NCBI GenBank assembly: GCA_022530585.1
Contig: CP092821.1
Location: 819,465-883,464, forward strand
Origin: Candidatus Nealsonbacteria bacterium DGGOD1a
GTDB taxonomy: Bacteria > Patescibacteriota > Minisyncoccia > Minisyncoccales > UBA5738
Length of the DNA stretch: 64,000 bases
Direction of reading: 5' to 3'
Shown here: positions 27,907-38,537 of the stretch, piece by piece
Position numbering within the stretch: the first letter of the stretch is position 1
How the letters are laid out: each line of letters starts with the position of its first letter
Notes under the pieces: model-generated
What the model was told of the DNA's origin: nothing
Database searches by the model: none
What the model saw: only the letters and a program-made list of their open reading frames with translations
Position numbers and translations under genes: made by a program

Positions 27907-27972
27907 GATAAATATTTTTAAAAGGGTCGGACCCTTTTATAAAAGCGCGGCAAGGAGTTACGAAAAATCTGC

Positions 27973-28605
27973 TTACGACGAAGCGAGGGTGACGGTGGAG
28001 ATTATTTTTTCGAAAAGATCAATATCGGTTTGTTTGCCTTCGTTGCCGTCTTTTGCGTAAAAAAACACAAACCTGTAACAAACATCCTTGATCTTCGCGA
28101 CATAGCCGATATAGTGGCTCGCCATTCCGCCTTGGGCGGTTTCATCCTGCCCGGTTTCAATCCGCGTGAAATTGGCGCCGGAAATATTCTTATCCGTGAG
28201 TTTTATGCTTTGATTCAAAGCGTCCGCGGCGGGTATTTTGCACTCATCTTCCGCGAGCGGCGCGGCAATCGCCGATTTATCCGGATTGGACACGAATTTA
28301 CCCGCGCTAAACACCATTGCCTCGGCCTTTTTGTCGTTCGCCGGATCGGCGTTTTCATAAAGCGTGAACCCGATTCCGCCCTCGGTGCCATCGCTTGGAT
28401 TCGCGGTTTTTTCTTTTTTAGCCAATTCCGCCGGATACTTCAATTCAAATCCGTATTCGCCGTTCTTGTAAGTTTTCCACCCCGCGAAATCTCCCGCCTG
28501 AAAATTGTTTTGTCCAAACATCAAATAAAAACCGGTTCCGGCGGCGGCCGAAACAAGGATAATCGCGGCCAATATCATTTTTATTTTGTTTTTTTGGTCA
28601 ATCAT
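27973..28605 (-). CDS. Membrane-anchored PsbP-like hypothetical protein
   Basis: N-terminal TM, WKTYKNGEYGFELKYP, C-terminal FEKIIST. Confidence 0.7.
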   Translation of the reverse strand: MIDQKNKIKMILAAIILVSAAAGTGFYLMFGQNNFQAGDFAGWKTYKNGEYGFELKYPAELAKKEKTANPSDGTEGGIGFTLYENADPANDKKAEAMVFSAGKFVSNPDKSAIAAPLAEDECKIPAADALNQSIKLTDKNISGANFTRIETGQDETAQGGMASHYIGYVAKIKDVCYRFVFFYAKDGNEGKQTDIDLFEKIISTVTLASS

Positions 28606-28612
28606 AATTTTA

Positions 28613-29773
28613 TCATTTCTTAAGATTGTCGATCAAGCATTGTTTGAATTTTTCCAGATTTTCGTTTTTCACGCGAAAGCCGCCGGCTTTGGGATGCCCG
28701 CCGAAACTTATTAGCAAATTTTTGCATTTTTTCATCAACGCCACGCTGTCAATGGCATCAATGCTCCGCACCGTTCCCTGGCAATCGAAATCGAGTTTCT
28801 TGTAGATGAAAACCGGCTTTTTGTAATCGATATTCAAAATCGACGCCACGGTTCCCAAAAGATTCATATCCCAATCGGGACTGCCTTCAAAAATTATCGG
28901 GCATTCGATTCCGAAAACCCGCTTTTTTATTTCCTCGACCACCCCGTCGATCTTTGCCCGGCGCAACTTGTTGATTTCCAAAAATTCTTTTATTAACTCT
29001 TGCGATCTCTCCAGCGAATCGGTGGTCAGCAATTCAAACGCCGCGGGCGCGCCGCCGCGCATATCGCGCACATTCAATACCGCGATTATTTTGCTTAGAC
29101 GATTGTTGAAATTGCGCGAATCATTTTCAAAAAACGCATCTGTTTCAAAAAACGCGCGCAAACCGGGCCGAAACGATTGTTTTACCGTCAGCAAACCTTC
29201 GTCGATAATATCATTGTTCCCGGCTTCGCGCGGCATCATATCCGCGATCGTGGCCAGCGCGGCCAGTTCGGCAAAACTTTGCCGCAAATTTCCGTAAAAA
29301 TCCGGGCCGAAAAGCTCCTCGGCCAGTTTGAAAACCAATCCCGCCGCGCAATAAAATTTAAACGGCGAAGAATCTCCCGGCTGTTTGGGATCGACAATTA
29401 TATCGGCTTCGGGCACGCCGTCCAGAATCTCATGGTGATCGATGATCAGCGTGGAAAACCCGGCCTCGCGGGCAAGCTTAACCTCTTTGAAATTGCCGAT
29501 TCCCAGATCAACCGCAATCAAAAGCGCCGGAGCGAGCGGCGCGAGAACTTCCAGCGCGGTTTTCGTAATCCCGTAACCTTCTTTTTCCCGATTCGGAAAG
29601 TGATAGGCCGCCACATTGCCGCCGATATTCTTCACGATCTCGCCGGCCATAATCGCGGCGCTCACGCCGTCAAGATCGGCGTCGCCGTAGATTATTATTC
29701 TTTCCTTGCCGGCGGCGGCAAGTTTTATCCGTTCCGTGGCCTTATCCAAATTTTTTATCTTTTCGTTTTCCAT
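28613..29773 (-). CDS. recJ: RecJ-like DHH ssDNA exonuclease
   Basis: YGDADLDG, VDLG, IIDHH, TIADMM, GGHPKAGG. Confidence 0.85.
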   Translation of the reverse strand: MENEKIKNLDKATERIKLAAAGKERIIIYGDADLDGVSAAIMAGEIVKNIGGNVAAYHFPNREKEGYGITKTALEVLAPLAPALLIAVDLGIGNFKEVKLAREAGFSTLIIDHHEILDGVPEADIIVDPKQPGDSSPFKFYCAAGLVFKLAEELFGPDFYGNLRQSFAELAALATIADMMPREAGNNDIIDEGLLTVKQSFRPGLRAFFETDAFFENDSRNFNNRLSKIIAVLNVRDMRGGAPAAFELLTTDSLERSQELIKEFLEINKLRRAKIDGVVEEIKKRVFGIECPIIFEGSPDWDMNLLGTVASILNIDYKKPVFIYKKLDFDCQGTVRSIDAIDSVALMKKCKNLLISFGGHPKAGGFRVKNENLEKFKQCLIDNLKK

Positions 29774-29779
29774 TTTTAA

Positions 29780-30970
29780 TTATTTATTCACGGTCGGCGC
29801 CGGTTCGCTTTGAATGTCGGGTGCGGCTTCCAAAGCGGCGATTCCCGGCAACCGGCCGCCCGCCAGATATTCCAGCATCGCGCCGCCTCCGGTGGACAGA
29901 AATTCAAAATTCTTTTCCGCCTTATATTTATGAATCGCTTCCAATGTTTCTCCCCCGCCGGCCACTCGATAAGCGTTGTTCGCCCGGGCAATCGTTTCCA
30001 GTATCGCTTTTGTGCCCGCGGCAAACGCCGGACGCTCGGACAAACCCACCGGGCCGTTGAAAAAAACCGTTTTGGCGTCGTTGATTATCTCGGAAAAAAT
30101 TTTAACCGTTTCCGGACCGATATCATAGATTTCTTCCTCGCCGCGCATCGTTCCGATCGCCGCGGTTCTTGAATATCCTTCGACGGCGCCCTTTAAAGCC
30201 AGAATACCGTCGATCGGAAGATGGATTTTGGGACTGGTCAAGTTGATCGCGTCGATGGCCGGATCGTCCGGACCGCTTTCCCGACCCATCAACTGCCGTT
30301 TCTGCGCCAATATCTTCTCGCCGATCTTTGAACCGATCAAAACATGATCCGCGACCTTCAATATGTTGGCGATCACTTTGCTTTTTGTTTCGATTTTGGC
30401 GCCGCCGATAACAACCACGAAAGGCCGGGCCGGTTCCTTCAGTATTCGGGAAAGTTTGTTGATTTCATCTTCGAAAAGCAATCCGGCATAGGAAGGCATA
30501 TATTTGGGAACGCCCGTGATCGACGCGTGTTCCCGGTGCGAACAGGAAAACGCTTCATTAACATAGCAATCTCCCATTTTGGCAAGCTGGCGGGCGAAAG
30601 CGTCGTCATTGGCCTTTTCTTGTTCATGAAACCGCAGATTTTCAAGCATTATGATTTTCCCGGGCTTGGCGGATTTGATTTCTTTGTCGATTTTTCCGCC
30701 CGCGCAATCATCCAAAAATTTCACCGGCAGCGAAAGCAATTTTTCCAAACGCTTGGCCGCGATCCGCAAACTGACCGGTTTGCCTCCGTTCTCCAAATGG
30801 CTCATCAAAACCGTGACCGCGCCCTTTTTGGCCAAAAATTTTATCGTGGGCAGGGTTTTGACAATCCGGAAATCATCGCTGATTTCGCCATCGTCGCCGA
30901 TCGCGACATTAAAATCGCACCTCACCAACACTCTTTTGTTTTTGAAATCACCTTCCGATAAGAATTTCAT
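29780..30970 (-). CDS. pgk: Phosphoglycerate kinase
   Basis: RVLVRCDFNV, LENLRF, GGAK, STGGGA. Confidence 0.95.
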   Translation of the reverse strand: MKFLSEGDFKNKRVLVRCDFNVAIGDDGEISDDFRIVKTLPTIKFLAKKGAVTVLMSHLENGGKPVSLRIAAKRLEKLLSLPVKFLDDCAGGKIDKEIKSAKPGKIIMLENLRFHEQEKANDDAFARQLAKMGDCYVNEAFSCSHREHASITGVPKYMPSYAGLLFEDEINKLSRILKEPARPFVVVIGGAKIETKSKVIANILKVADHVLIGSKIGEKILAQKRQLMGRESGPDDPAIDAINLTSPKIHLPIDGILALKGAVEGYSRTAAIGTMRGEEEIYDIGPETVKIFSEIINDAKTVFFNGPVGLSERPAFAAGTKAILETIARANNAYRVAGGGETLEAIHKYKAEKNFEFLSTGGGAMLEYLAGGRLPGIAALEAAPDIQSEPAPTVNK

Positions 30971-30981
30971 AATAAATATTT

Positions 30982-32757
30982 TTATTTTTCGGATTTTTCG
31001 TTATCCGCCGCACCGCCCAGAGCTTCGTTGAGCGCCTTTTTAAGCTCATCCATCCGCACCTCTTTTTTCGGCCGATAGCCGGGCGAGTCATTTTTTTGGC
31101 CGGCGAAACGCACCGGATTCGCGCGCGCCAAATCCGACAACGATATTCTTGGCGGCGCGGATATCGGCGCGGACGCGGATATTTCCGGCGCGCTCTTCTG
31201 TTGCCGTCGATCATCGCCGTTGTCCCCGGTTTTTTGCGCGTAATTATCGGTTTTGGCGGCAACATCGCCGTTGCCGCGGGCATTGTCGTTCTGCAGTTTT
31301 TTCAAACATGGCTTGCAATAAACCTTCCGGCCCGGTTCGGGCTCGAATATCACTTTGGTTTTTTTGCCGCACATTGAACAGGTTATCTCGTGCATCTTGG
31401 TTTGGCTTTGTCCGTCCGCGGGCATTCCCGGAGTCTTGGCCGCCGCTTCGTTCATTTCACCGCTCCATTTGGCGATCTTCTCTTCGATCACTTCGCGCGC
31501 CACGCTGTAGCGTTCGCGGGAAGCGCGGATGATTTTTTCTTTTTCCGAAACCGCGCCTTTCTCCATCGGCGGCAAAGTGATCGCCGAAAACGGCGCGCTG
31601 GTAATGCCGTCGATCATCAATTTCAAATAAATATGATATTTGCCGAGATTCACGAAATCTTCGATGGTGATCTCGGGCGTGAATTCCGGCTCCAGAAACT
31701 CCGCGTCCTCGGCGCCCACCCGGAATGTAATGATCGTGCCCACATTGCCGAAAACCGCGTCCTTGACCCGCGAACTTTTGCCGTTGGCGCCCATTTCTTC
31801 CAGCTGGCCCAGATACTGGTTGGCCAGGATCAGCGACAGGCGGTATTTGCGCGCTTCCGAAAGAATATTGACAAACGAATCCGTGGCGAAATTCTGGAAC
31901 TCGTCGACATAGCAATAGAAATCGGTTCTTTGCTCCTCGGGAATGTTCTGGCGCGACATCGCCGCCAGCTGGAGCTTGGTGATCACCATCGCGCCGAAAA
32001 GCCGCGACGCGTCCTCGCCCACCATTCCTTTGGAGATATTCACTATCAGTATCTTTTTTTCATCCATTATCTTGCGTATGTCGATGGAAGATTTTACCTG
32101 GCCGATGATATTGCGCATCAACGGATTGGCGATAAACTGGCCGATCTTATTCTGAATGGCCGCGGTTGATTCCTGTTCGTATTTCTGGTTGTACTTGGCG
32201 TATTCATTCACCCAGAACGCCCTGATGATCGGATCGGTAACTTTTTCCACCACCTTGGCGCGGAATTCCGCATCGGAAAACATGCGGTTGATTCCCAGCA
32301 AAGTTGAATTCGGATATTCCAAAAGCGCGAGAATCGTGTTGTTTAAGATATATTCCATCCGCGCCGACCATACATCGGGCCATATCTTTTTAAACACCGC
32401 CATCAACCCCGCGGCGATCAAGTTTCGATGCTCGGGATTGGTGATTTCCATCACATTGAATGCCGTGGGAAAAGCCACATCTCCCGGATTGAAATAAATC
32501 ACATCGTTGACCCGGTGGGAAGGAATATAATCCAAAAGTTTTTCCGCGGCTTCGCCGTGCGGATCGATAAACGCGATGCCGTTGCCGGCCTGAATATCCT
32601 GAATGGCCATATTCTCAAGAAGGTTGGATTTACCCATACCGGTCTTCCCCACCAAATACATATGCCGGCGGCGATCGTCGGTTTTAATGCCGAATTTGGT
32701 TCTCTGGTTGCGCCAGGAAACTTCGCCAATATAAATTATCTTTTCTTTTTGAGCCAT
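30982..32757 (-). CDS. VirD4/TraD/HerA-like ATPase with a C-terminal CxxC-x17-CxxC domain
   Basis: DRRRHMY.VGKTGMGKS, IDPHG, YVDEFQNF, EARKY, CSMC...CKPC. Confidence 0.88.
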   Translation of the reverse strand: MAQKEKIIYIGEVSWRNQRTKFGIKTDDRRRHMYLVGKTGMGKSNLLENMAIQDIQAGNGIAFIDPHGEAAEKLLDYIPSHRVNDVIYFNPGDVAFPTAFNVMEITNPEHRNLIAAGLMAVFKKIWPDVWSARMEYILNNTILALLEYPNSTLLGINRMFSDAEFRAKVVEKVTDPIIRAFWVNEYAKYNQKYEQESTAAIQNKIGQFIANPLMRNIIGQVKSSIDIRKIMDEKKILIVNISKGMVGEDASRLFGAMVITKLQLAAMSRQNIPEEQRTDFYCYVDEFQNFATDSFVNILSEARKYRLSLILANQYLGQLEEMGANGKSSRVKDAVFGNVGTIITFRVGAEDAEFLEPEFTPEITIEDFVNLGKYHIYLKLMIDGITSAPFSAITLPPMEKGAVSEKEKIIRASRERYSVAREVIEEKIAKWSGEMNEAAAKTPGMPADGQSQTKMHEITCSMCGKKTKVIFEPEPGRKVYCKPCLKKLQNDNARGNGDVAAKTDNYAQKTGDNGDDRRQQKSAPEISASAPISAPPRISLSDLARANPVRFAGQKNDSPGYRPKKEVRMDELKKALNEALGGAADNEKSEK

Positions 32758-32864
32758 AACGAATGCGGGATTGCTCCTTTGTCTTATTGTTATATAATAC
32801 CTTTTTTGGCAAAATTTGACCAACGGCATCAATGCCATAATTTTCAATTAACAATTAACAATTT

Positions 32865-32968
32865 TCCTTTGAATTACGAAACAATTAAATTCAAATGCTT
32901 TGGAGGGGTCTAACCCTTGCGATTACACAAGGGATAGACCCCAAATGCAAAGCGTTTCATAATCGAAG
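32865..32968. repeat. GGGGTCTAACCC-family palindromic element
   Basis: Near-identical inverted copy at 44185-44320; partial copies at 672-697, ~25900, 35676-35810 and 27922. Confidence 0.8.
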
Positions 32969-33050
32969 ATAATTGGTAATTTTGAGACTTAAAAGCAAAA
33001 TTCTCCCGCTTAACGCGGGAGAACCGCAAACTTGATTATCGCCGCGCGGT

Positions 33051-34367
33051 TTAGGTTGGCAAATTGCTCGGCGCCACGGTCTCCTTGGCTTCGGTGCGCT
33101 GAATGCCGGGCGTGGGCGACACAATCTGCGACGGGAAGTGGAAAAGCGTGGCCATTTCTTCAACATTCAATACGATCTTGGAACCCAAATCGCCTTCTTT
33201 GGCTCCCCACGGACTGTAATAATTAAGACGGTCGCGGTAAACCCGCAACAGCCGCCGCTTCTTGACATAGGCGCGGCGCGGCGCGATTGCGTTCACGAAC
33301 GGAATCGGCGAAAGCTTGACCCGGGTTAAAGTTTTGGACCAAACCCACAACGAATTCAAATTGGGGCTGGTGAAATGATTGAAATAATTATATAAAAACC
33401 GGTAATTCGGCGGGAACCACGAATCGCGGCGGCCCAAATAGATATTGCGCACATAACAACCGAAAAACGGTTTGGCGATCTTTTTTTCCACCGCCTCGAT
33501 GGTTTCCCGTTCGCCCGCGGTCAAGCGCATTTCCGCCGGAAAAAGCTCCTGCTGTTTTTCCTCTTTTTCCTTGGCTCCTTCGATGATGAAATCCGCCAAT
33601 TCTTTCCAGAGCGGCGGCAAATCGGCTTTTTTCTCGTCAATCCGTTTGGCCAAAACATCGCGGATATGTTCGCCTTTTTTAACAAACGCCTTGCCGTCGG
33701 AAAGGGAAATATACATCGGCCGGGCGTGTATCTGAATCCATATCTGTTCGCCTTTTTTCAACTTGGCCATCCCCTCCATAAGCGCCGTGAACGGATCAAC
33801 GATCTCTTCCTCTTCAACGCCCTGCTCGACATATTGTTCATAGGTCGGAATCGGAAATTGCGGATCTTTGAGAGTATAATAATCCCAACCGAAAAGATCC
33901 CAATCTTTGTTGGGTATGTCCATGGGAATTTGCTTGGTGTAATCAGGCACCGCTTCAATTTCGGCTTCCGGATACTGCGAATAAACCGCGGCTTCCACCG
34001 CGTCGCGGTAATCGGCGTGGCAGCGAATGTAAAAATGGATTTTCCCGTCGATGGAAGCAATTTCGAATTTATAGCTGGTTTGCGGTTCGCCCGAAGCGTA
34101 TTTTTCCCACCAATCGGGATCGTTGAAAATCGCGCCGTGCAATGCCACGAACAACGCCTCCATGGCTTTAATCGGCTTGGGAATGAGTTTGGGAATTTTT
34201 ATCTCCAAAAGCACCGGCTTCCAAATCGTGCCGAACCACATTTCGGTGCGCCACCATTTCCAATAATCTTCGAATTTTTTCGACAGCCAAAAAAACGCCG
34301 GCAACCACCACCAGTATAAAACAATCCTCCACGCAAGATCGACGAATTGTCCGAGTTCTTCGAGCAC
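33051..34367 (-). CDS. Conserved hypothetical membrane protein, usual partner of the VirD4-like ATPase
   Basis: LLEIKIP, FEIAS.DG.IHFYI, YSQYPEAEI, QIWIQI, LNVEEMATLFHFP. Confidence 0.75.
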   Translation of the reverse strand: MLEELGQFVDLAWRIVLYWWWLPAFFWLSKKFEDYWKWWRTEMWFGTIWKPVLLEIKIPKLIPKPIKAMEALFVALHGAIFNDPDWWEKYASGEPQTSYKFEIASIDGKIHFYIRCHADYRDAVEAAVYSQYPEAEIEAVPDYTKQIPMDIPNKDWDLFGWDYYTLKDPQFPIPTYEQYVEQGVEEEEIVDPFTALMEGMAKLKKGEQIWIQIHARPMYISLSDGKAFVKKGEHIRDVLAKRIDEKKADLPPLWKELADFIIEGAKEKEEKQQELFPAEMRLTAGERETIEAVEKKIAKPFFGCYVRNIYLGRRDSWFPPNYRFLYNYFNHFTSPNLNSLWVWSKTLTRVKLSPIPFVNAIAPRRAYVKKRRLLRVYRDRLNYYSPWGAKEGDLGSKIVLNVEEMATLFHFPSQIVSPTPGIQRTEAKETVAPSNLPT

Positions 34368-34541
34368 AAATAATTTAAAATGTAAAAATCAAAACGACAA
34401 TACAAAATGTTAAAGCGCCGCAATATGGACATTTTGTAATTTTACATTGTCATTTTTAATTTTGATTTTTTAATTTTACATTAAACAAAAATAGACGCCG
34501 TCCGCCTTTATTATAACCCGAGATATTTTTAAAACAAAGTC

Positions 34542-35558
34542 TTACGCTTCCCGCACTCCGGAATGCCAATATTTGCCTTCTTTGTCGCGCAAAAAATATT
34601 TTTTGTTGCTCAAATTCATCAAAACCGTGTTCTCTTTGATGAATCTTTGCTTCATCACGCGATCAAGAATCTCATTTTTGGTCAAGGGCCGGTTTTCGTT
34701 GCTGAAAATGTTTAAAATGACATCTTTGACATCTCCCTCCACATAACCCCATTCGCGCAGGGCGTAAATGCCCCGGCCGATCAAAATAAACCGCTTGTCG
34801 CGGATAAGTTCGTTGTGAACCGTCTGCACCAGACTGCCATCAATTTTTTTGGAGACATCGGTGAAATGAAGCGGACCGCGGCTCTTTTTAAACAAAAGAT
34901 AAATTCTGTCTTTAATACCCTTGGGATTGACTTCCGGCCATTCGCGCAATCCGTAAAGACCCTCTTTGTTTTTTTGGATTTTTTTGGAAATGCCCAGATA
35001 CGACTCGCCCACCGCCTTTTTCAATCCTTTCGGCGCGGCCAATTCGCGGCCCGAAACCAGTTGTTTTTTCTCTTCCAACAACGCGACCGCCGCGGCCTCA
35101 AAATCTTTGGCGGTCCGAACCGACTCTGAATCAACCGCCCAAAAACAATTGAAATTATCGGTTTCGCCCACCCGGATGAAATCTCCGAAAAGCGTTAAAA
35201 GAAAATACGCGTGCGCCTTGAAACCGCTTTGCTCCGCCGAAGCCTTGTGCGAAGGCGAGCCGCCCAATTCCCGCAATAAAACATTTTCTTCGCAAACTCC
35301 GCCGAGGTTCTTTAAATGCTTGGCGAACAATTTGGAAATTTCTTTGTATCCGGAAATCTTCTTTTTCATTTTGGCCAAGCCCGCCTTTTCGATCTGGCGC
35401 ACCCGCTCGCGGCAAATGGCATGACTCTTGCCGATCGCTTCCAAAGTTTCGCGCTTCCCGGTTTTTAAACCAAAACGACGCTCGATAACCTCGCGCTGTT
35501 TTGAAGGAAGCAAAGAAAGCAATTCCGCGCAAATCTGTTGATAATTGATATTGGCCAT
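34542..35558 (-). CDS. Sigma70-region-4 / HARE-HTH domain protein
   Basis: RRFGL...TLEAIG....ICRERVRQIE; QTVHNELI.D.RF.LIGRGIYAL.EWG. Confidence 0.8.
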   Translation of the reverse strand: MANINYQQICAELLSLLPSKQREVIERRFGLKTGKRETLEAIGKSHAICRERVRQIEKAGLAKMKKKISGYKEISKLFAKHLKNLGGVCEENVLLRELGGSPSHKASAEQSGFKAHAYFLLTLFGDFIRVGETDNFNCFWAVDSESVRTAKDFEAAAVALLEEKKQLVSGRELAAPKGLKKAVGESYLGISKKIQKNKEGLYGLREWPEVNPKGIKDRIYLLFKKSRGPLHFTDVSKKIDGSLVQTVHNELIRDKRFILIGRGIYALREWGYVEGDVKDVILNIFSNENRPLTKNEILDRVMKQRFIKENTVLMNLSNKKYFLRDKEGKYWHSGVREA

Positions 35559-35908
35559 GATAATGGCATCATTAATGTTAATCCAGGGCAAATTTTAATA
35601 CCATTGATTATTATATATCCCATTTCATTTTTTGTCAAACAACCGGGCGGTAACCCCTCACCGGGGTATTTGTATCTGGGGTCTAACTCCTGTGTAATCG
35701 CAGGGGTTAGACCCCTTTAATAGCATTATGAATTTAAATTCGAATGCTGTTGCAGGGGTCGCACCCCTGCTTCGCTAAAGCTTCGCAGGGGAACGACCCC
35801 AAATGCAAAAAGCGCTACCCCCGGTGAGGGGTTGCACAACAACCGAACAAAAAACAAAAACCCTCGCATAGACGAGGGTCGTTTGCCTTGAATTTCAAAA
35901 CCGAAATT

Positions 35909-36802
35909 CTATTTTTTGGATTTATTTTTGCTTTTTTCCATCCAAACCGCCAAAATCTGGCCGGCCAGAAACACCGAGGAATAAGTGCCGGTAACGATTC
36001 CCAAAATCAACGCCAAAGCAAAATACCTAAGACTGGTTCCGGCCCAGAAATAAAGCGCGAAAACCGGCAGAAGCGTGGCCACCGATGTATTGATCTGCCG
36101 GCTCAAAGTCTGGTTGATGGCGCGATCCAATATCTCGGCGAAAGCAACTTTGCGATCGCGCAAAAGATTTTCGCGAACGCGATCATAAACCACGATCACA
36201 TTGTTTATCGCGTAACCCACCACGGTCAAAAGCGCGGTGATGATCGGAATGGTAATCTGCACGCCGTAGAACGCGCCCAGCAAAGCGAACACGCCCAGCG
36301 GCACCAGCACATCGTGGCACAAAATCAAAAACGATGCCGTGCCGTATTGCCATGAACTGACCGGCCCGGGAACATTGCGAAAAGCCACCGCGATATAAAC
36401 CAGCATCGCCAACAAAGATATCAACACCAGCGCCGTCATTTTTGAGGTCAATTCCTTGCCCACCACCGGCCCGATCGATTCAAAACTTTTTTCTTCAAAC
36501 GATCCGGTCTCTTTTAATTTCTCCAACAGCCGGCCATGCGCCGTAGCGTCAAGGTTTTCCGTGCGGACCATTATGCCTTTGTCCCCGGTCGCGTAAATCG
36601 CTTCCACTTTGAACTCCGCGATCTTTTCCCTGATCGCGCCCGTATCGGGACGCGCATCTTTATAGTCAATTTCCAAAACACTGCCGCCGGTAAATTCAAT
36701 GCCGGGCTTCAAGCCGTAAAAACCGATCGCCGCGATCGATCCGGCCACCAAAACCAATGTCAGAACCAGAAATATATTTTTGTATTTGATGAATGGAATC
36801 AT
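35909..36802 (-). CDS. secF: Protein translocase subunit SecF
   Basis: GIEFTGG, SIGPVVG.EL, HDV, GYAINNVIVVYDRVRE. Confidence 0.95.
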   Translation of the reverse strand: MIPFIKYKNIFLVLTLVLVAGSIAAIGFYGLKPGIEFTGGSVLEIDYKDARPDTGAIREKIAEFKVEAIYATGDKGIMVRTENLDATAHGRLLEKLKETGSFEEKSFESIGPVVGKELTSKMTALVLISLLAMLVYIAVAFRNVPGPVSSWQYGTASFLILCHDVLVPLGVFALLGAFYGVQITIPIITALLTVVGYAINNVIVVYDRVRENLLRDRKVAFAEILDRAINQTLSRQINTSVATLLPVFALYFWAGTSLRYFALALILGIVTGTYSSVFLAGQILAVWMEKSKNKSKK

Positions 36803-37026
36803 AAGAAATGTAAAATTTAAATATCAAAATGTAAAATTATTGCGTTGAAATTGTTTTCAATTCCAATGATTTTTCCTTAATTTTGATTTTTGATTTTTCA
36901 ATTTTTAATTCTTTTTATACCCCGTCAGCTTGCCGCGGGGAACAAAAAGAATGAGGATTCCAAAGGAAACATCCTTTGGTCGATGGCGGGGTTAATACCC
37001 CGACATCAATGTATTTTTTTATTTGT

Positions 37027-38463
37027 TTATGCCAAGGGTTTCCACAACCAATTGAACTTGCCCAATTTGGTTGCCGCCATTACCCGCAGAAAGGTCCGCG
37101 TAACCACAATGGCCGAATACATCGAAAGCAATATGCCCCAGATAAGCGTGGCGGCAAAGCCTTTCACAAAACTCGTCCCCAGAAAAAATAATATCAACGC
37201 CACCACGATCGTGGTGAAATTACCATCGCGGATCGCCGGCCAAGCGCGGTTGAAACCTTCTTCGATGCTCAAAGCCAGACTCTTGCCGCCTTTGAGCTCT
37301 TCTTTCATTCGGGAAAAAATCAGTACATTGGCATCCACGGCCATACCCACCGACAAGATAAACCCGCCAATGCCGGCCAAGCTCATTGTCACGCCCATCA
37401 ATTTGAATGCCGCCAGTAAAACAACCGCGTAAAGCGTCAATGCCAGCGATGCCAGCAATCCGGGCAGGCGGTAATAGAACACCATAAAAATCACCACCAA
37501 TAAAAATCCCAAAAGACCGGCATTGATCGCCCGGTCAAGCGAAACCGCGCCCAAAGTCGGCCCGATCTTTTGCTGGGTGATAGGTTGTCCCAGCGGAACC
37601 GGCAAGGCGCCTTCGTTCAAGCGCTTGATCAAAATTTTTGCCTCTTGCACGCTGGCAATCCCGGTGATTTGGGCTTTGCCGCCGGAAATCTTTTGTATAA
37701 CATTGGGCGCGTAAAGATCCGCTTCGTCAATCTTATCGTCACCGGTGGTGTCAATAATCGATTTGCCGTCCAAAAAGATCGCCATCGGCTTGCCCACATT
37801 GCGCTCGGTCATCTGTTCGAAAATTTTTGCGCCTTCGCCGTCGAACTGCATTTCCACCACCGGCGCGCCGGTGTTCGGATCAAAATCCAAAGCCGCTTTT
37901 TGCAGATATTTCCCGGTCATTTCGGTTTCTTTGAAATATGGATTCTGAAAAGCAATCTGGTAATCGGCCACCTTAACCATTTCTTCGGGGGTTTTGCCCT
38001 CCAATTCTTTGATCTTGGCAACAATTTTATCGGTTTCTTCCTGGGGCCGCTGTTCCAAAAAATTCAGCCAAGGAGTGGCGCCGATCCATTCGATTGCCTG
38101 GTCGATGCTCTCAATGCCGGGCAATTCCACGATCAAACGGTCTTGTCCCGAAACCTGAATTTGGGGCTCGGCCACGCCATAGCTGTTGATGCGCCGTTCG
38201 ATCAGATCTTTAACACCCTCCATCACGGTGGCGCGATCCTTTTCCGCCACTTGGCTCAAATCGGCCTGATATTCCAAATGCACTCCGCCTTTAACATCCA
38301 ATCCCAAATTAAACGGCTTGTCGGCAACATGCGGAATTTTAAAAGGAATCTTTGAATTTATCGCGTCAATCTGCCGGTTGGCAAACCCCGGAAAGCAAAA
38401 CAACGCGGACACCAACGCCAAAACTGCGATAAACAAAAGCGACCACCAATAATTTTTCTTCAT
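37027..38463 (-). CDS. secD: Protein translocase subunit SecD
   Basis: LGLDVKGG, RRINSYGVAEP, IGPTLG, GMAVDANVLI. Confidence 0.95.
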   Translation of the reverse strand: MKKNYWWSLLFIAVLALVSALFCFPGFANRQIDAINSKIPFKIPHVADKPFNLGLDVKGGVHLEYQADLSQVAEKDRATVMEGVKDLIERRINSYGVAEPQIQVSGQDRLIVELPGIESIDQAIEWIGATPWLNFLEQRPQEETDKIVAKIKELEGKTPEEMVKVADYQIAFQNPYFKETEMTGKYLQKAALDFDPNTGAPVVEMQFDGEGAKIFEQMTERNVGKPMAIFLDGKSIIDTTGDDKIDEADLYAPNVIQKISGGKAQITGIASVQEAKILIKRLNEGALPVPLGQPITQQKIGPTLGAVSLDRAINAGLLGFLLVVIFMVFYYRLPGLLASLALTLYAVVLLAAFKLMGVTMSLAGIGGFILSVGMAVDANVLIFSRMKEELKGGKSLALSIEEGFNRAWPAIRDGNFTTIVVALILFFLGTSFVKGFAATLIWGILLSMYSAIVVTRTFLRVMAATKLGKFNWLWKPLA

Positions 38464-38537
38464 ATTAAATCTTAAAAAATTAAATTCACTCGCCCATTTA
38501 AATACCACAAATCCGCCCAAAAGTCCAACGCGCGTTA

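Noticed and set aside
30982-34367. Conjugative element implied by the VirD4-like ATPase
   Set aside because: No relaxase or mating-pair genes; it is embedded among housekeeping genes, as is typical for CPR chromosomes.
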